Positions 27,090-39,774 of a DNA stretch of 64,000 bases are shown in pieces. This stretch comes from Octopus sinensis (taxonomy: Eukaryota). Each line of letters starts with the position of its first letter. Position 1 is the first letter of the stretch. Below the pieces are notes generated by a model, which was given only the letters and a program-made list of their open reading frames with translations, searched no databases and was not told the origin of the DNA. Location: contig NC_043009.1 of assembly GCF_006345805.1 (NCBI RefSeq), positions 63,922,001-63,986,000 of the forward strand, read 5' to 3'. A program made the translations under genes and the position numbers.

Positions 27090-28622
27090 AACAACAAGCA
27101 AGATGAGGACAAATATCTGTCAAATGTAAATAATGTAAATAATTCCTCGTCTCTTAAATATAGAACTGTACAACCAATCGTTGATTCTCATCCATTAAGC
27201 TTCCCTCCCTCACTCCTGCTCTTTTTCATCATTCACACTTCTGTCTGGTCATGAGACAAAACTCTGGCGTAGACGAATAAACAGAGGTAACATAGAACAT
27301 AGAGAACTCTTTGGTTCTGCTTCAGACATGATAACCTCTCTTGTGGTGGTGCCTCAGTAAATGCATCCTGCACAGAGTAAACAATCATAAAGTTGTTAGT
27401 ACATATATATTACTAATAGCAGTCTTATGGTTTATGATGCAAGGGAGATGACTCTAAGGATTATTTTGTCTTTTTAAGTATTTTTTTTCATTTTTGGTTT
27501 TTGAAAATAATCAAGCAGAAAAAACTGTGTATTATGATATGATATTTCTTTTAACATAGAAAAAAGAATATGCATTGCCAGGAAATTTTTAAACCTAGTA
27601 TCACACATTTCCAAATAATCACAAATTTCACTGAATCTTTGATAAAAAGTACAATCAAAGTCAGTTATTTTACCATATGTAAATTCACTGAATTTTCAAT
27701 CATTACTGCAAAAAGATTCAATCTTTCATGCCTAGCCTCCCATCACAAAATTATATAAGTCTGATCCCATGCCCATTGGTCAGTAGACGTCTATAACAAG
27801 TCCTATTGTCAATAATGATAAGGTGTTACCAATAAACGTATCGATAATTAGATTATTGGCTTAACAGCCAACTAGTTTAAGTTCTGGCATAGCCAGCATA
27901 CATATAATTTCAGGAACTCAGACGTCATTTATCGAGATACATTCTGAACTTGAGGAACAAATGCAAGTTTCAATATTAATTGGAACCTCTAAGGATATGT
28001 GAAAAAATATGAGAAATTCTCAAGGATCTGCCTCATATGCACCAGCAAGAAGCTTCAAGTTTTCTTCCATTCTTAGAACATTTTGAGTTACAATCCTGAC
28101 CTCATATTTTTCTGCTCAATTACATTTTTAAAAAAATAACCCTTAGTATCATCACCCCTGCCTCTTAAGCCATAAATCTATTATTGTTCACAAATACTCT
28201 TTTACTTGTTTCAGTCATTTGACTGTGGCCATGCTGGAGCACCGCCTTCAGTCAAGCAAATCGACCCTAGGACTTATTCTTTGTAAGCCTAGTACTTATT
28301 CTATCAGTCTCTTTTGCCAAACCGCTAAGTTACGGGCACATAAACACACCAACATTGGTTGTCAAGCAATGTTGAGGAGACAAACACAGGGGTTTCGATA
28401 ATTCACCTTCGGAAACATGGGAGTTTCGTTCAACATCCTTAAACAAACCTTATTCGGGGACCTTTTGAGTTGGATGGGCTACTCAACCTGAAGAAAATTC
28501 TAACTGCGCTCCACCTGCAAGGTTATGCGCTGTTTTGCTTGATATAAGATCACCATGTCGTATACATATGATTGTGATACACGTACCTGGTATACCCTTA
28601 TCAAATGGGCAGTCATGTTGAG

Positions 28623-28986
28623 TACCGTAAATCCTCGAGTATAATCCGCATTTTTTCCCCAAAATTTAAAGGTCAAAATCGCTAGTGCATACTATATACA
28701 AGGTTAAAAATGAAAAATATTTTCTAAGCAGTGTCCAAGTCTCTATTTGCTATCTGGCTATGTTTATTCAGATGCATTTTGTGATGTCGGGTGCGAAAAT
28801 ACCTTAAGCTAAGCCTGAAAGCAATGAAGTCATAAAAGAATAATCCATAATATGCAGTAAGCAACATTTATTAAACGTTGACGTTATATAGACCTCCTTG
28901 ACTCAAGTTAGAGAAGGGGTGCGTGTTATACACAAGGTTTAAGTATATTATACTCATGGGCGGACTATACTCGAGGATTTACAGTA
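28623..28986. mobile_element. Tc2/pogo-like MITE
   Basis: TIRs CCGTAAATCCTCGAGTATAATCCGC / GCGGACTATACTCGAGGATTTACAG, TA duplications, subterminal repeats of the TIR motif. Confidence 0.85.
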
Positions 28987-29261
28987 TACTGGGCTTCATA
29001 TATTTGTACCCGTGTCACTTTGATGGCATGCATTGCTCTCTCACGCAACAATAATAATGATCCTTAAAGTCGTCTCCCTTGCCTAATAGACCCTGAGACT
29101 GCTCTTACAAATACCCCAATGAATTTAGCACCAGTCACACCACCTAACTGACATCTGTATATCCACTGAAAGACAAAGCAAGAAGGAACAGAGAGAGGGG
29201 GAGTAGGAGGAGAGAAAGAGAGACAGAGAGAAAGGGAGTGTGTATAGAAGGGTCTGGTCAC

Positions 29262-29428
29262 CTGATGTGTTATAGCCAACAATTTGGACAGCATGATTGT
29301 TAGAGGTCTCACAGTGGTATCGAATGATCCCTTCCTGGTAGTTGGACCAAGTTGAGGCGTCCACTGCAGTGACCAATGGACCGTTTTGGGCAAGATGGAG
29401 CAACATTTTCTCTTCTCTTCCAACAAAG
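29262..29428 (-). CDS. CTSO: Cathepsin O-like, exon 7 (catalytic His)
   Basis: TTTTACAG|CTTTG...TCAG|GTGACC; 167 nt; FVGREEKMLLHLAQNGPLVTAVDASTWSNYQEGIIRYHCETSNNHAVQIVGYNTS. Confidence 0.95.
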
Positions 29429-29639
29429 CTGTAAAAAAAAAAAATAAAAAAAGGCAGAATAACACACAGAAACAACTTAGTAGATCCCTAGAAAATAAAG
29501 GGAGCTCTTCCTGTGTTTGGTTTTATTAGTGTGGTAAAACAAAAACCAGACTTGCTATCTTCAATTTCGTTATTTGGTTTTCGTGCTTACCCTTGCTTAT
29601 AGTCATAATAATAATAATAATAATAATAACAATAATAAT

Positions 29640-30102
29640 TGAAAATGGTAATGCAAAGACCCTGTGGGATTTTATGATTCAATGCGACCATGAGATAGAG
29701 AATAGGAAGCCAGACATAGTCTTAATTGAGAAAGAAAACAAACTATGCTGGATCATAGATATAGCATGCCCAGCTGACAACAAGGTATGCAATAAGGAAG
29801 AAAGAAAAGTCGAGAGATATGACAGGTTAGCTTGGGAAATTGAGCAGTTGTGGTCGATGAAAAAGGTAGCAGTAGTACTGATAATTGTCGGAGACCTGGG
29901 AACAATGAGCAAAAATCTTGAGAAGTACATGGAACAAATAGGGGCTGCAATAAGGGTAGACCACTTGCAGAAAACAGCACTGCTTGGAACTTCTTGAATA
30001 CTCCAGAAGGTGCTCGAAAAATAAGAGGTGTTACCTTAGTTCACTTGTAATGAACAGCCGACACTGTAATACATCTCCAGCATTAGAAGCTGTGCTAAAG
30101 GC

Positions 30103-30139
<37 letters not shown>

Positions 30140-30149
30140 TAATAATAAT
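29640..30149 (+). mobile_element. R4/Dong-like LINE 3' fragment with restriction-like endonuclease motif
   Basis: LWDFMIQCDHEIENRKPDIVLIEK...IIDIACPAD (PD-D RLE motif); (TAA)n on both sides. Confidence 0.8.
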
Positions 30150-30845
30150 GAAATTACTGTGCATAGTGCTCAGGTGCACTACAACTCATCAAAGGTGCAT
30201 ATAGAGTACATAGAATTATGTACAAAAGTCAGGAAAGTGAACAGTGTAAGAGTCATGATATACAGGTGTGCATGCGAATGGAGCGGAGGTATATCAGGTG
30301 TAGTGTTGGCGGATTCCAGGATGCATGGAAGTTTTAAAGGATGCAATGTCTTGGCAGCTAACAACTGATGCAGGTAGTTTGTTCCGTGCTTCAGAAACTC
30401 TGAGTGTGAAAAAATGTTTCCAAAAGTCATGGGAGCTGTGCTGTTTTCTGACTTTGTAGGCATGCCCACATGTGTTAGACACATGGAGCTCAAAAAGGTG
30501 CTCAAGGTGGTTGTTGGCATGATGGGTAACAATTTTGTGGGAGTTTACTAAGTCAGTTGCCAGACGTTGGAGCTTCAATGTATCTCTGCCCAGAGAAGCA
30601 GGACGTTCAGAGCAAGGTAGATGCCTGATGGAGGGTATTCACTTGGTTGCACGTCTCTGAACAGCTTTCAGGAGGTCAATGTCCCGAGTAAGATAGGGGT
30701 TCCAGACTGGTGATGCAAATTCCAAGTGTGGCCACACCATAGCCATATACAGCCTTAAATAGACAGCTGGAGAGTGGCTGACAAAGGTCTTGCTGAGTGA
30801 TGCCAAGACACCCTTGGCCTTCTTGAAAATTTTCTTGGATAATGA
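30150..30845 (-). mobile_element. CR1-clade LINE 3' fragment
   Basis: PHLEFASPVWNPY...LKAVQRRATK; HFFTLRVSEARNKLP; (ATT)n tail; same 3' end again at about 44277-44460. Confidence 0.85.
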
Positions 30846-30884
30846 CCAAAAGAAGAAGAAGAAGAAGATGATGATGATGATGAT

Positions 30885-30931
<47 letters not shown>

Positions 30932-31159
30932 TGAATAAAGATAAAAAAAAACAGTGATGGAAATTTGTCTGACCTTTCAGTTTGAGTTGATGAAATGATA
31001 ATGGAAATTCTATCAATAGTGTTTTGTTAAGGCAAACAGATTAGCTGAAACCCTAGTTATTAATTTATGTTAATAAAATAATGATGAAAATCCTATTGAT
31101 TCTTAGTTTGTGTAAACTTCAATATTTCCATCTGGAATAAAACTCTTTATCTGCAACTC

Positions 31160-31545
31160 ACCTGTCATGCCCATCCTCACCTGTGGTCATGAATGTTGGA
31201 TAATGACTAAAAGAGTACAACTGTGAATACACGCCAAATGAATGAGTTCTGCCAAACGATCTCCTGGGTGGCGTCGCTCAACAGGGTGCGGAACTCAGAG
31301 ACCAAGGAGTCTCTCCAGGTGGAGCCACTACAGCTGTGCATTGAGAGGTCACAGCTCTGGGTCTATGCCCATAGGATTAGAATGTCACAGAAATCAACCA
31401 CCTGGAGACCCAGAATGAGATGGTTCGATAATATCCATAGTCCTAGGTGGTTATGCCTGGGAGTCCAGCTGGAAAGTGCAATGATGGTTGCTTTTGATGG
31501 GACCCTATGGAAGAGGGGCCTGAGAACTCCACTTCCATGACTCTT
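31160..31545 (+). pseudogene. Old RTE-type LINE fragment, different subfamily
   Basis: PILTCGHECW...NRVRNSETKESLQVEPLQLCIERSQL, typical post-RT region. Confidence 0.65.
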
Positions 31546-33936
31546 TCAGGAATAGTGAACAGACAAGATGGATGGATAAAATATCAGCATTTTAGTTATT
31601 ATATATTAAATATTTTAGTTAATGACATTCATCTTTTCAAGGTTATGGTGAGATAAATGTTGCAAAATATATGCTAGAAATAACAGAGATTAAAGTGTGT
31701 AAATACATCGATAAAACAGACATTCAAGTATGTAAATATATACTGATAAAAGAGTGGTTTTAAGTTTAAATTTACTGATGAGATTAATTTAAGCTTAAAT
31801 TTACTGATAAGGTGATAATTTATATAAATATATCTACTGTGATTGTGTAATTCATAAATGTTTTTGAGATTATGAGGTGATTTTAAGTGCCATTGCTAAG
31901 TTTCATATTTATGTTGTGAAAAAAGAAACCCTCCTTCAGATAGGATTCTAGGCTATCATAAGCAACATTACCAAATGATTAGCAGCTATTCCTGATAGTT
32001 TGGTGAAGAAATAAACACAAAGACACTTGCATCAGATTTGAACTCTCAACTTGTGACCAGATAGTCCAATACTATTTTTCTCAACCTTCATTTTAAAATT
32101 TTTTTCCCATGCACCCCAGAGCCCATAAAGTTGAAGCTTGATCTGGTTTCCATGGCATATAAGTTACTGGGGTTACAAAAGCCCCTGTTGAACAATCTGT
32201 CGCTGAGTCAATTTCCCAGCTAACGTTGGAATTCATTTACAGCTGAGCAGACTGGAGCAACGTGAAATGAAGTGTTTTGCTCAAGAACACTTGATCCGGG
32301 AATCAAAACTATAACCTTACGATGGTGAGGGCAACACCCAAACCACTGGACCATGTTCCTTCACAGAACTTTATTTCTACCAATTAATACTCCCACCAAT
32401 ACCCCATATCTACTAATATATTGGTTTCGAATTTTGGCACAAGGCCCGCAATTTCAGAGGAGGGGGAATTGATTACATCGACCCCAATATTCAACTGGTA
32501 CCTATTCTGTTGCCCCCAGGAGAATGGAAAGTAAAGTCAACCTCAGCAGAGTTTGAGCTCAGAACATAAAAACAGACGAAATGCTGCTAAGCATTTTGGC
32601 CAGATTTATGATTCTGCCAGCCTACCCCACCCATCCTCTACTAATGTTCTGAACGGATGAAATATAAACCGAAATACAATTTAGTTGGGAGAGACTTAGT
32701 ATTGAACTCGAGATATTTTAAAGGAAGGCAAAAACTGCAGTTTGTAAAGTGAGATGGAAAAGCTTCAAACGGGATTTGAAACCCAATTGGGGGGGTTGGT
32801 GAAACTTTATTGGGGGAGCATAACAACAATAATAAGTCATAATGTCAGCATAGAGTGACAGTCGTATAGATCAATCCCGTTATTTCAACATCAATTCATA
32901 TTTAAACGATGTTGAGATTTGAACTCAAAATTTAAAGGAATGGAACTAAAAACTGCACACGTCCCACCACTCCACCTTGTTGGATGATAATAATGATGAT
33001 GATGGCGATGATAATGGTGATGATGACTCTTATCATAGGTACAAGGCTATAAATTTGGGAAAATGTATGATAGTCAAATCAATATCAAAACATTGCTGAT
33101 CCTCTCCGTTTTTTATTTTATCGATTCTGGCAAGATTTGAACTGAAACTGTAAAGGGGCATAACTCGATATTGCAAAATATTTTGTCGTCCCTTCTTTAA
33201 TAATAATAATGGCTGTGAAGGCGCGTGGCTTAGTGGTTAGGGGCATTAGACTCACAATCGTAAGGTCGGGAGTTCAATTCCCGGCGACGAGGTTGTGTCC
33301 TTGAGCAAGACACAGCTTTACAGATATTGAGATATTGATGTGATTTGAAGATCCCCGTTTGGAAAATAAATTCACCAGGGATATCTTCATTCATCATTTT
33401 AACGTCTACTTTTCCATAATTGCATGGAATTGCAGATAGAGTTTATTGAGGCAGATTTTCTATGGATCGATGTGCTCCATGTCACCAACCTTCACCTGTT
33501 TCCAAGCAAAGTAATAATTCCCCATGGCCTGAAATCTTCTCACAGAACACTGGAAATTAATGACTGTTCATCTGACAGTGGTATTTACAACTAACACACA
33601 GTATATTAGAAGACACTTGTGCCAGGTGCCATGCAGTGGGATTGAACCCAGAGCAATGTGGTCAAGAAGTAAGCTTCTCACTGCACAGCCAAGCCTGTAC
33701 CTCCACAGGAAATGTCATCTATTTACCGAGAAATAAAGGAAACAAAGTTAATAGTCCTGCTGAAGAACAAGCTAAATTTGAACTCACAATACCTCTGTAT
33801 CAATAATGTAGTCATCTAATTTCTCAGCCTCAATGATAGTTCTACCACCAAGGAATCTACAGGTAACATGTAAAAATATCACAATCTATTTCGATGGGTT
33901 TCAGAGACACACAAGTAAAATGGGACGGGTGCTTAC

Positions 33937-34052
33937 TTGTCACAGGTAGATTCTATCACTTGAGCACCTGGGGCATCTTTTTTAATAGGACGGCATGATT
34001 CATCGATGTCTTTGAGAGGATAAGCAGGTTCATAGACCACTGTCTGGTTCTT
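33937..34052 (-). CDS. CTSO: Cathepsin O-like, exon 6
   Basis: TTTGTAG|AAGAAC...GACAA|GTAAGC; 116 nt; KNQTVVYEPAYPLKDIDESCRPIKKDAPGAQVIESTCD. Confidence 0.9.
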
Positions 34053-34119
34053 CTACAAAGAAATAGATATAAAAATGTTATAGAAAATATTTTGAAAATG
34101 TAAGAAAGAGAATAAGAAA

Positions 34120-34990
34120 TTGTACCGAAAAGTTCCCAGACTAGTTCTGTAGCACGCCAACAGATGGCAGCACACAGTTGTGTGCGCAGTAAGAGCTGGC
34201 AGTGACCTTCATGAGGTAGTGTGCCAAATGACTTTGCAAGTGGTGAAATTTGTGTTTTTGTGATCACGTGTATACTTTAGTCTGTGATTTTGTCATGGAC
34301 AGGAACAAAGAGCCAAAATGAAATTTATGCCTTAAACTTTGGAAATCTGCTACAAAGACATCGAGCATACTTTGACAAGCTAATGGTGATGAGGAAATGT
34401 TTCGAATGGCATGGGCACTTCAAAAGTGGAAAAACATCCCTGGAAGACAATGAGTGATCTGGAAGACCTACTGCGAGCGTCACCCCTGGAAATGTGGTAT
34501 TGGGCATCGAGAATCCGTTCCCCAAGGCCAGACCACCAATCTACTGTGATGTTTTGAAGCATTTGAGGGAAGACATTTGGCGAAAGCAACCAGATCTGTG
34601 GAAGACAAAGAATTGGATTTTGCACAACAACAAAGCACCCGGTCACCAAAGCTCTCCTCACTCGTGAGTTTCTCACCAAAAGCAACATGGTATCAACTTC
34701 CACACCTGTCCTATTCACCAGATTTAGCACCTGCAGACATCCATCTCTTCCTCAAGATGAAAATGCAGCTCAAAGGTAACCGTTTTTACAGCACTGTCGA
34801 GATCTAGAACAAATCGCAGAAGGTTCTTGACTTGCTTATAGAAAACTTCCAAGCCGGATTCCAAAAGTGGCAGGAACACTGGGACTATTATATTGCTGCA
34901 CAAGGGGCCTATTTCAAAGATGTTAAAACTTGGGTGAATAAGTTATTTTTATTAAACATTAGTCTAGGAACCTTTTGATATCACCTCATA
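34120..34990 (+). mobile_element. Decayed mariner remnant (CTSO intron 5)
   Basis: YSPDLAPADIHLFLKMKMQLKG motif in the ORF track; partial TIRs AAAAGTTCCCAGACTA / TAGTCTAGGAACCTTTT. Confidence 0.75.
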
Positions 34991-35756
34991 GATACCAACA
35001 ATCAAGATTAAACTAGTATAGTATAACAGGGTTGTACGCATTAGAGGCATTGAATAGCAAAATATTGACAGTGAAAGGGTAGTATTGTCTGCAGCACATA
35101 GTAATGGTGAGGGAAGGGGGAACGATGCCGATGACCGGTGCTGCCACCACCACCGTTTATTATTTATTTTATTTATTTTCCTTTTTATTCAGAGTCTTCA
35201 AGATTGATGAAAAGAAAGGAGGGAGTTGTTTTGAACTCCACTCACAGCACCAAAGGACCAGGGGATAGTGTCAACACCACATACAACATCATTATCAGTG
35301 CAACATCAACTTTTTCGTTCTTGCATGGAATCAGACGGAATTTGTTGAGGCATATTTTCTATGACCAGAAACCCTTCCCCTCCTGTCACCAGCTCTCATG
35401 GGTTTCCAAGCAAGGAAATATTTCTCCATGGCCAAACAGACAGACAGCACTTTCAGAACTCAGTTTCTCTGAGGTGTGTGGGTCTTCTCAAGAACCTCAT
35501 ATTGCCCTACATTCCAGTCCATTGTTATCTCATCTGTGAGGCTGGCCCTCACTACTTCATCCCACATCTTGAGATTGGCCCTCACTACTTCATCCCACAT
35601 CTTCCTGGGTCTCCCTCTTCCACAGGTTCCACCCACTTTATACAGCTGTCCTCATTCATATGCATCACCTGACCAAAACCATCACAGTCTTCTCTTTTGC
35701 ACACCACATCTGATTCCTCTTATGCCTAACTTTTCACTCAACAAACTTGCACTTCG

Positions 35757-36350
35757 AAGTAACGATTCTTTGCCAACATAACATGGCAGTCCTGGTTTAG
35801 GGTGAATGTTGCTGTAATTTAGCCCCAGGAGACATCGTCTCCAGCTGCCTATACGACATGATCTGTGTCCTTATATTTTCAAACAAGGGAATCTAGTACC
35901 CCGACTTAGCTTAAAAGAATATCCATGTTGGCAAACAAAATTTACTCCAAAGTACTGTTGCTGAATATCTCTTGTTGTGAGATTTAAAAATAGTAATTTT
36001 CTAATTTTTAGATCAGTGACTAGTTATCACTTTGGAAACTATATATTTCAAACGGGAATTTGGCAGCGCCACCTCTAGCCAAACAATTATTCTGTGCTGA
36101 TGAAGGGAAATAACCTGGAAATCGTGATACACAGATATTGTTTTGAGCTGAGTGGGGATGCTAGATTCCCTTGTTCAAAAATATAAGGACACAGATTGTG
36201 TTGTATAGCCAGCTGGAGACAATTTCTCCTGGGGCTAAATTACAGCAACGTTCGTCCTAAACCAGGACTGCCATGTTATGTTGGCAAACAATCTTTGCTC
36301 CAAAGTACTGTTCCTGAATATCTCGTGAGATTTAAAAATAGTAATTTTCC
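35757..36350. mobile_element. Family-3 element with upstream inverted and direct partial duplications (CTSO intron 5)
   Basis: 35757-35902 is the reverse complement of about 36155-36300; 35925-36005 repeats the 3' end directly; hammerhead-like motif at 36092-36134. Confidence 0.6.
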
Positions 36351-36836
36351 AACATTTGCACTTTGTCGTAGATGCACACTGATATTACACATCCCTTAAA
36401 GCACACTAACTTTATTTCTCTCCATTCTTCATATCTATTCAGCATTCAGGGCCCATGTTTCACTACCTTAGCCATTTGCATTTGCATGTATCTGTCTCTG
36501 GACATCACATGTTGTTGTAAATGGACATCATCATCATACAAGAGGGGACTGTTCGTTTTTAGTTTGTTGGGGGAAAACATTACCTTGCTGGAGAAACAAG
36601 TAAGTGTCGGCAACAGGAAAGGTATCCAACCATAGAAAATCTGCCCCAGCAAATTCCATTTGATCAAAGCAGGTATGGAAAAGGGGCTGCTAAATGATGA
36701 CGATAAACTATGATGAAGTACTTACTTCTGCTATTTTAATTGTTGGTTAGAAACAGAATGCAGGTAAAATAAAATATTGGAGGATACAACAACAAAAATG
36801 GTGAGCAGATAAGTCAGATAAAAATAAAAGGGTAAC

Positions 36837-36993
36837 CTGTTGTAGCCATCTTAATGTAGAACATGTGTCTCCACCACGGCATCCCAGACTTTCCCCAGTA
36901 CAGTCAATCACTTCCTGTACGGATAATTCTGGGGCAGATATATTCTTCATAATGGCGTACATACTCTCCATTGTCTCAACACAGCTGAATGCC
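36837..36993 (-). CDS. CTSO: Cathepsin O-like, exon 5
   Basis: ATGCAG|GGCATTC...CAACAG|GTTACC; 157 nt; AFSCVETMESMYAIMKNISAPELSVQEVIDCTGESLGCRGGDTCSTLRWLQQ. LSVQxVIDC and GCxGGxT..L.WL resemble cathepsin O more than cathepsin L. Confidence 0.93.
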
Positions 36994-37849
36994 CTGCATC
37001 AATGGAAACATTACAAGAATCTCAGAACAATTAACATCAACATAAATGCAAAAATCTAAACAAAAAATGGTTCAAAAGAGAAAAAGCAGAAAACTCCACT
37101 TAAACCCTTCAGGTTTTAACCTTTAATATTCAGGTTATTCTGTCAAATGTAATGCATTTCTATTCACATTTTTAGAATTAATCATGCGCTGTCTTACAGA
37201 CTTATGATTTTTATGAGACAAAAAGCACCAACCGCTGCCAGCCTCCCCTGGCACCTGTGCCGGTGGCACGTAAAAAGCACCCACTATACTCACGGAGTGG
37301 TTGGTGTTAGGAAGGGCATCCAGCTGTAGAAACACTGCCAGATCAGACTGGAGCCTGGTGCAGCCTCCTGGCTTCCCAGACCCCGGTTGAACCGTCCAGC
37401 TCATAGAAGCTGATTGTAACTTTCTTTCTCTCTCTGGCCATTTGTCTCAAATGGCTGTCTGCTTCTGGTCATCTCTAGCTGGTCTCTATTCCACTAACTA
37501 ATTTTTGCTTGGGAATCTTCTGTGTATATAGCTATTGCAAGATAGTGAGAAAGAGAGACATACTGTTATCCAAACAATGGGTATTTTGGAAGGCCTATTG
37601 TTTTGTCAATTTCACTCTCTACCACAAACAAAAGGTTGGCAGGGGTCAAGTGGCAAAGACATAATTCAACTTGGTAGAGCCATGTGCTAAATGTAACTTG
37701 CTGTCACTATTGTTTTACTGTGGGAAAAGTGCTGTTGAACTGTTATGATGGTGATGATAGTGACAGTGGTGGTGGTGGTGGTGGTAGTGGTGGTGGTGGT
37801 GGAGGTACAGACAACAGCAAAGGCAATAATCACTTGAGTATTTCCTTAC

Positions 37850-37906
37850 CAACAAGCTCCACATGATCCCTGATTCTTCACTTTTGTGACGGCTCTGGAT
37901 TTCCTC
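37850..37906 (-). CDS. CTSO: Cathepsin O-like, exon 4 (oxyanion Gln and catalytic Cys)
   Basis: TTCCAG|GAGG...TGTTG|GTAAGG; 57 nt; RKSRAVTKVKNQGSCGACW. Confidence 0.95.
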
Positions 37907-38324
37907 CTGGAATGAGAAAAGGATAAATCATATACCATAATTGTTTTCACTTGCACACACACACATTTACGTGTAAGTTGTCAAAGAGTCCATAAGTCAG
38001 GAAAAAGATGGAGTTGTGCATCTGTCCATAGAGTTGGTATATAATCTGAAATGTACAGTATCACATATCCATTTCAGCCAATCTTATTTCTTTATTGCCC
38101 ACAAGGGGGCTAAACATAGAGGGGACAAACAAGGACAGAGAAAGGGGTTAAGTCGATTACATCGACTCCAGTGCATAACTGGTACTTAATTTATCGACCC
38201 CAAAAGGATGAAAGGCAAAGTTGACCTCAGCGGAATTTGAACTCAGGACGTAACGGCAGACGAAATACCGCTAAGCATTTCGCCTGGTGTTCTAACGTTT
38301 CTGCCAGCTCGCCACCTTCCATTA

Positions 38325-38451
38325 CAGCCAGTCTTACCAATCAGTTTTGTGCTAGGGATTCAACGGAGTGTTAGGTAACAATCTGATAATCGGATTGTTA
38401 CCTAACACTCCATTGAATCTCCAGTGTGAAACTAACTGGTAAGATTGGCCG
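38325..38451. other. 127-bp imperfect palindrome (CTSO intron 3)
   Basis: 63-bp arms symmetric about 38388; inner 31 bp have 2 mismatches. Confidence 0.9.
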
Positions 38452-39181
38452 TAATGGATATATAATACTGCCCACTGAGAGAACAAAGCAACAATGCATT
38501 GAGAACACAACAGATTGCCCAATCCAAGAAATGAAACCACAATCTTACGACCATGAGTACAACACCCTAATTACTAAGCCACACACTTCCACAATATACA
38601 ACATACAACATACAATAACAATATACTGATACACAATATACAACATACAAATATCATCATCATCATTGTTTAATGTCTGCTTTCCATGCTAGCATGGGTT
38701 GGACGATTTTGACTGAGGTCTGGCGAACCAGATGGCTGCACCAGACTCCAATCTGATCTGGCAGAGTTTCTACAGCTGGATACCCTTCCTAATACCAACC
38801 ACTCTGAGAGTGTAGTGGGTGCTTTTAAAGTGCCACTGGCATGAGGGCCAGTCAGGTGGTACTGGCAATGATCTCACTCGAATGTTTTTTTTCACGTGCC
38901 ACCAGCACAAGTGCTAATAAGGCAACACAGGTAACGATCATATTCGAATGGTGTTTTTAACGTGCCATCGGCACGAAGGTCAGCTTGTTGCTCTGGCAAC
39001 AATTTCACTCGTATGGTACTCTTAGCGCTCCACTAGCATGGATGCCAGTCATCGAATTTTATTTTGATTTCGATACAACATAGAGATATACAATATATAG
39101 ATATACAGCTACACAATATACATTAGAGAGATTTACATTACAACATAGTCATACAGTATTGGAAGAGAGAAATGATTTTAC

Positions 39182-39302
39182 CAATCGACAACAGGTGGGA
39201 TTTTCAATTTACGGATATTCTGCATTGGTGTGGTGGAATTTAGAGGTTGTTGGCTTGACTTGAGAAGGGGATGCTTGCCTTTCAATCCTTTCAAGTATTG
39301 TT
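39182..39302 (-). CDS. CTSO: Cathepsin O-like, exon 3 (linker to mature N-terminus)
   Basis: ACACAG|AACAAT...GATTG|GTAAAA; 121 nt, phase 1 to 2; EQYLKGLKGKHPLLKSSQQPLNSTTPMQNIRKLKIPPVVDW. Confidence 0.9.
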
Positions 39303-39565
39303 CTGTGTTTAGAGAGAAACAAATGTTACTTTATTATTTAGAAATAACAATAGATTTTAACACTTGGTTTTGTAGGATTCCTAATGTGAAACTAACTAAA
39401 CAGAATGGGAGGAGACACCGTGGGATGGAGGGTTGCTGAAGAGGTCACAGGGGGTGTGACGAAATTTCCAGACAAAGACATAAAATAAGAACAATAATGA
39501 ATCTGAAGTGAAGAACAAATATACAGCGCATATGGTTTTTGACAAGCAAAAAATAAATAAATATA

Positions 39566-39727
39566 GGCGCAGGAGTGGGTGTGTGGTAAGTAGCTTGCTT
39601 ACGAACCACATGGTTCTGGGTTCAGTCCCACTGCATGGCACCTTGGGCAAGTGCCTTCTACTATAGCCTCGGGCTGACCAAAGCCTTGTGAGTGGATTTG
39701 GTAGACGGAAACTGAAAGAAGCCCGTC

Positions 39728-39774
<47 letters not shown>

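Larger units (their letters stand above)
26771..27170. mobile_element. tRNA-headed, hammerhead-bearing retroelement; inverted composite insertion with 12-bp TSD (CTSO intron 7)
   Basis: Minus-strand copy with tRNA-like head (about 26945-27017) joined to a plus-strand 3' portion; CAACCAATCGTT at 26759-26770 and 27171-27182. Confidence 0.8.

Noticed and set aside
29125-29475. 116-aa ORF as a standalone protease gene
   Set aside because: It is cathepsin exon 7 read through into flanking intron; true boundaries are 29428-29262.
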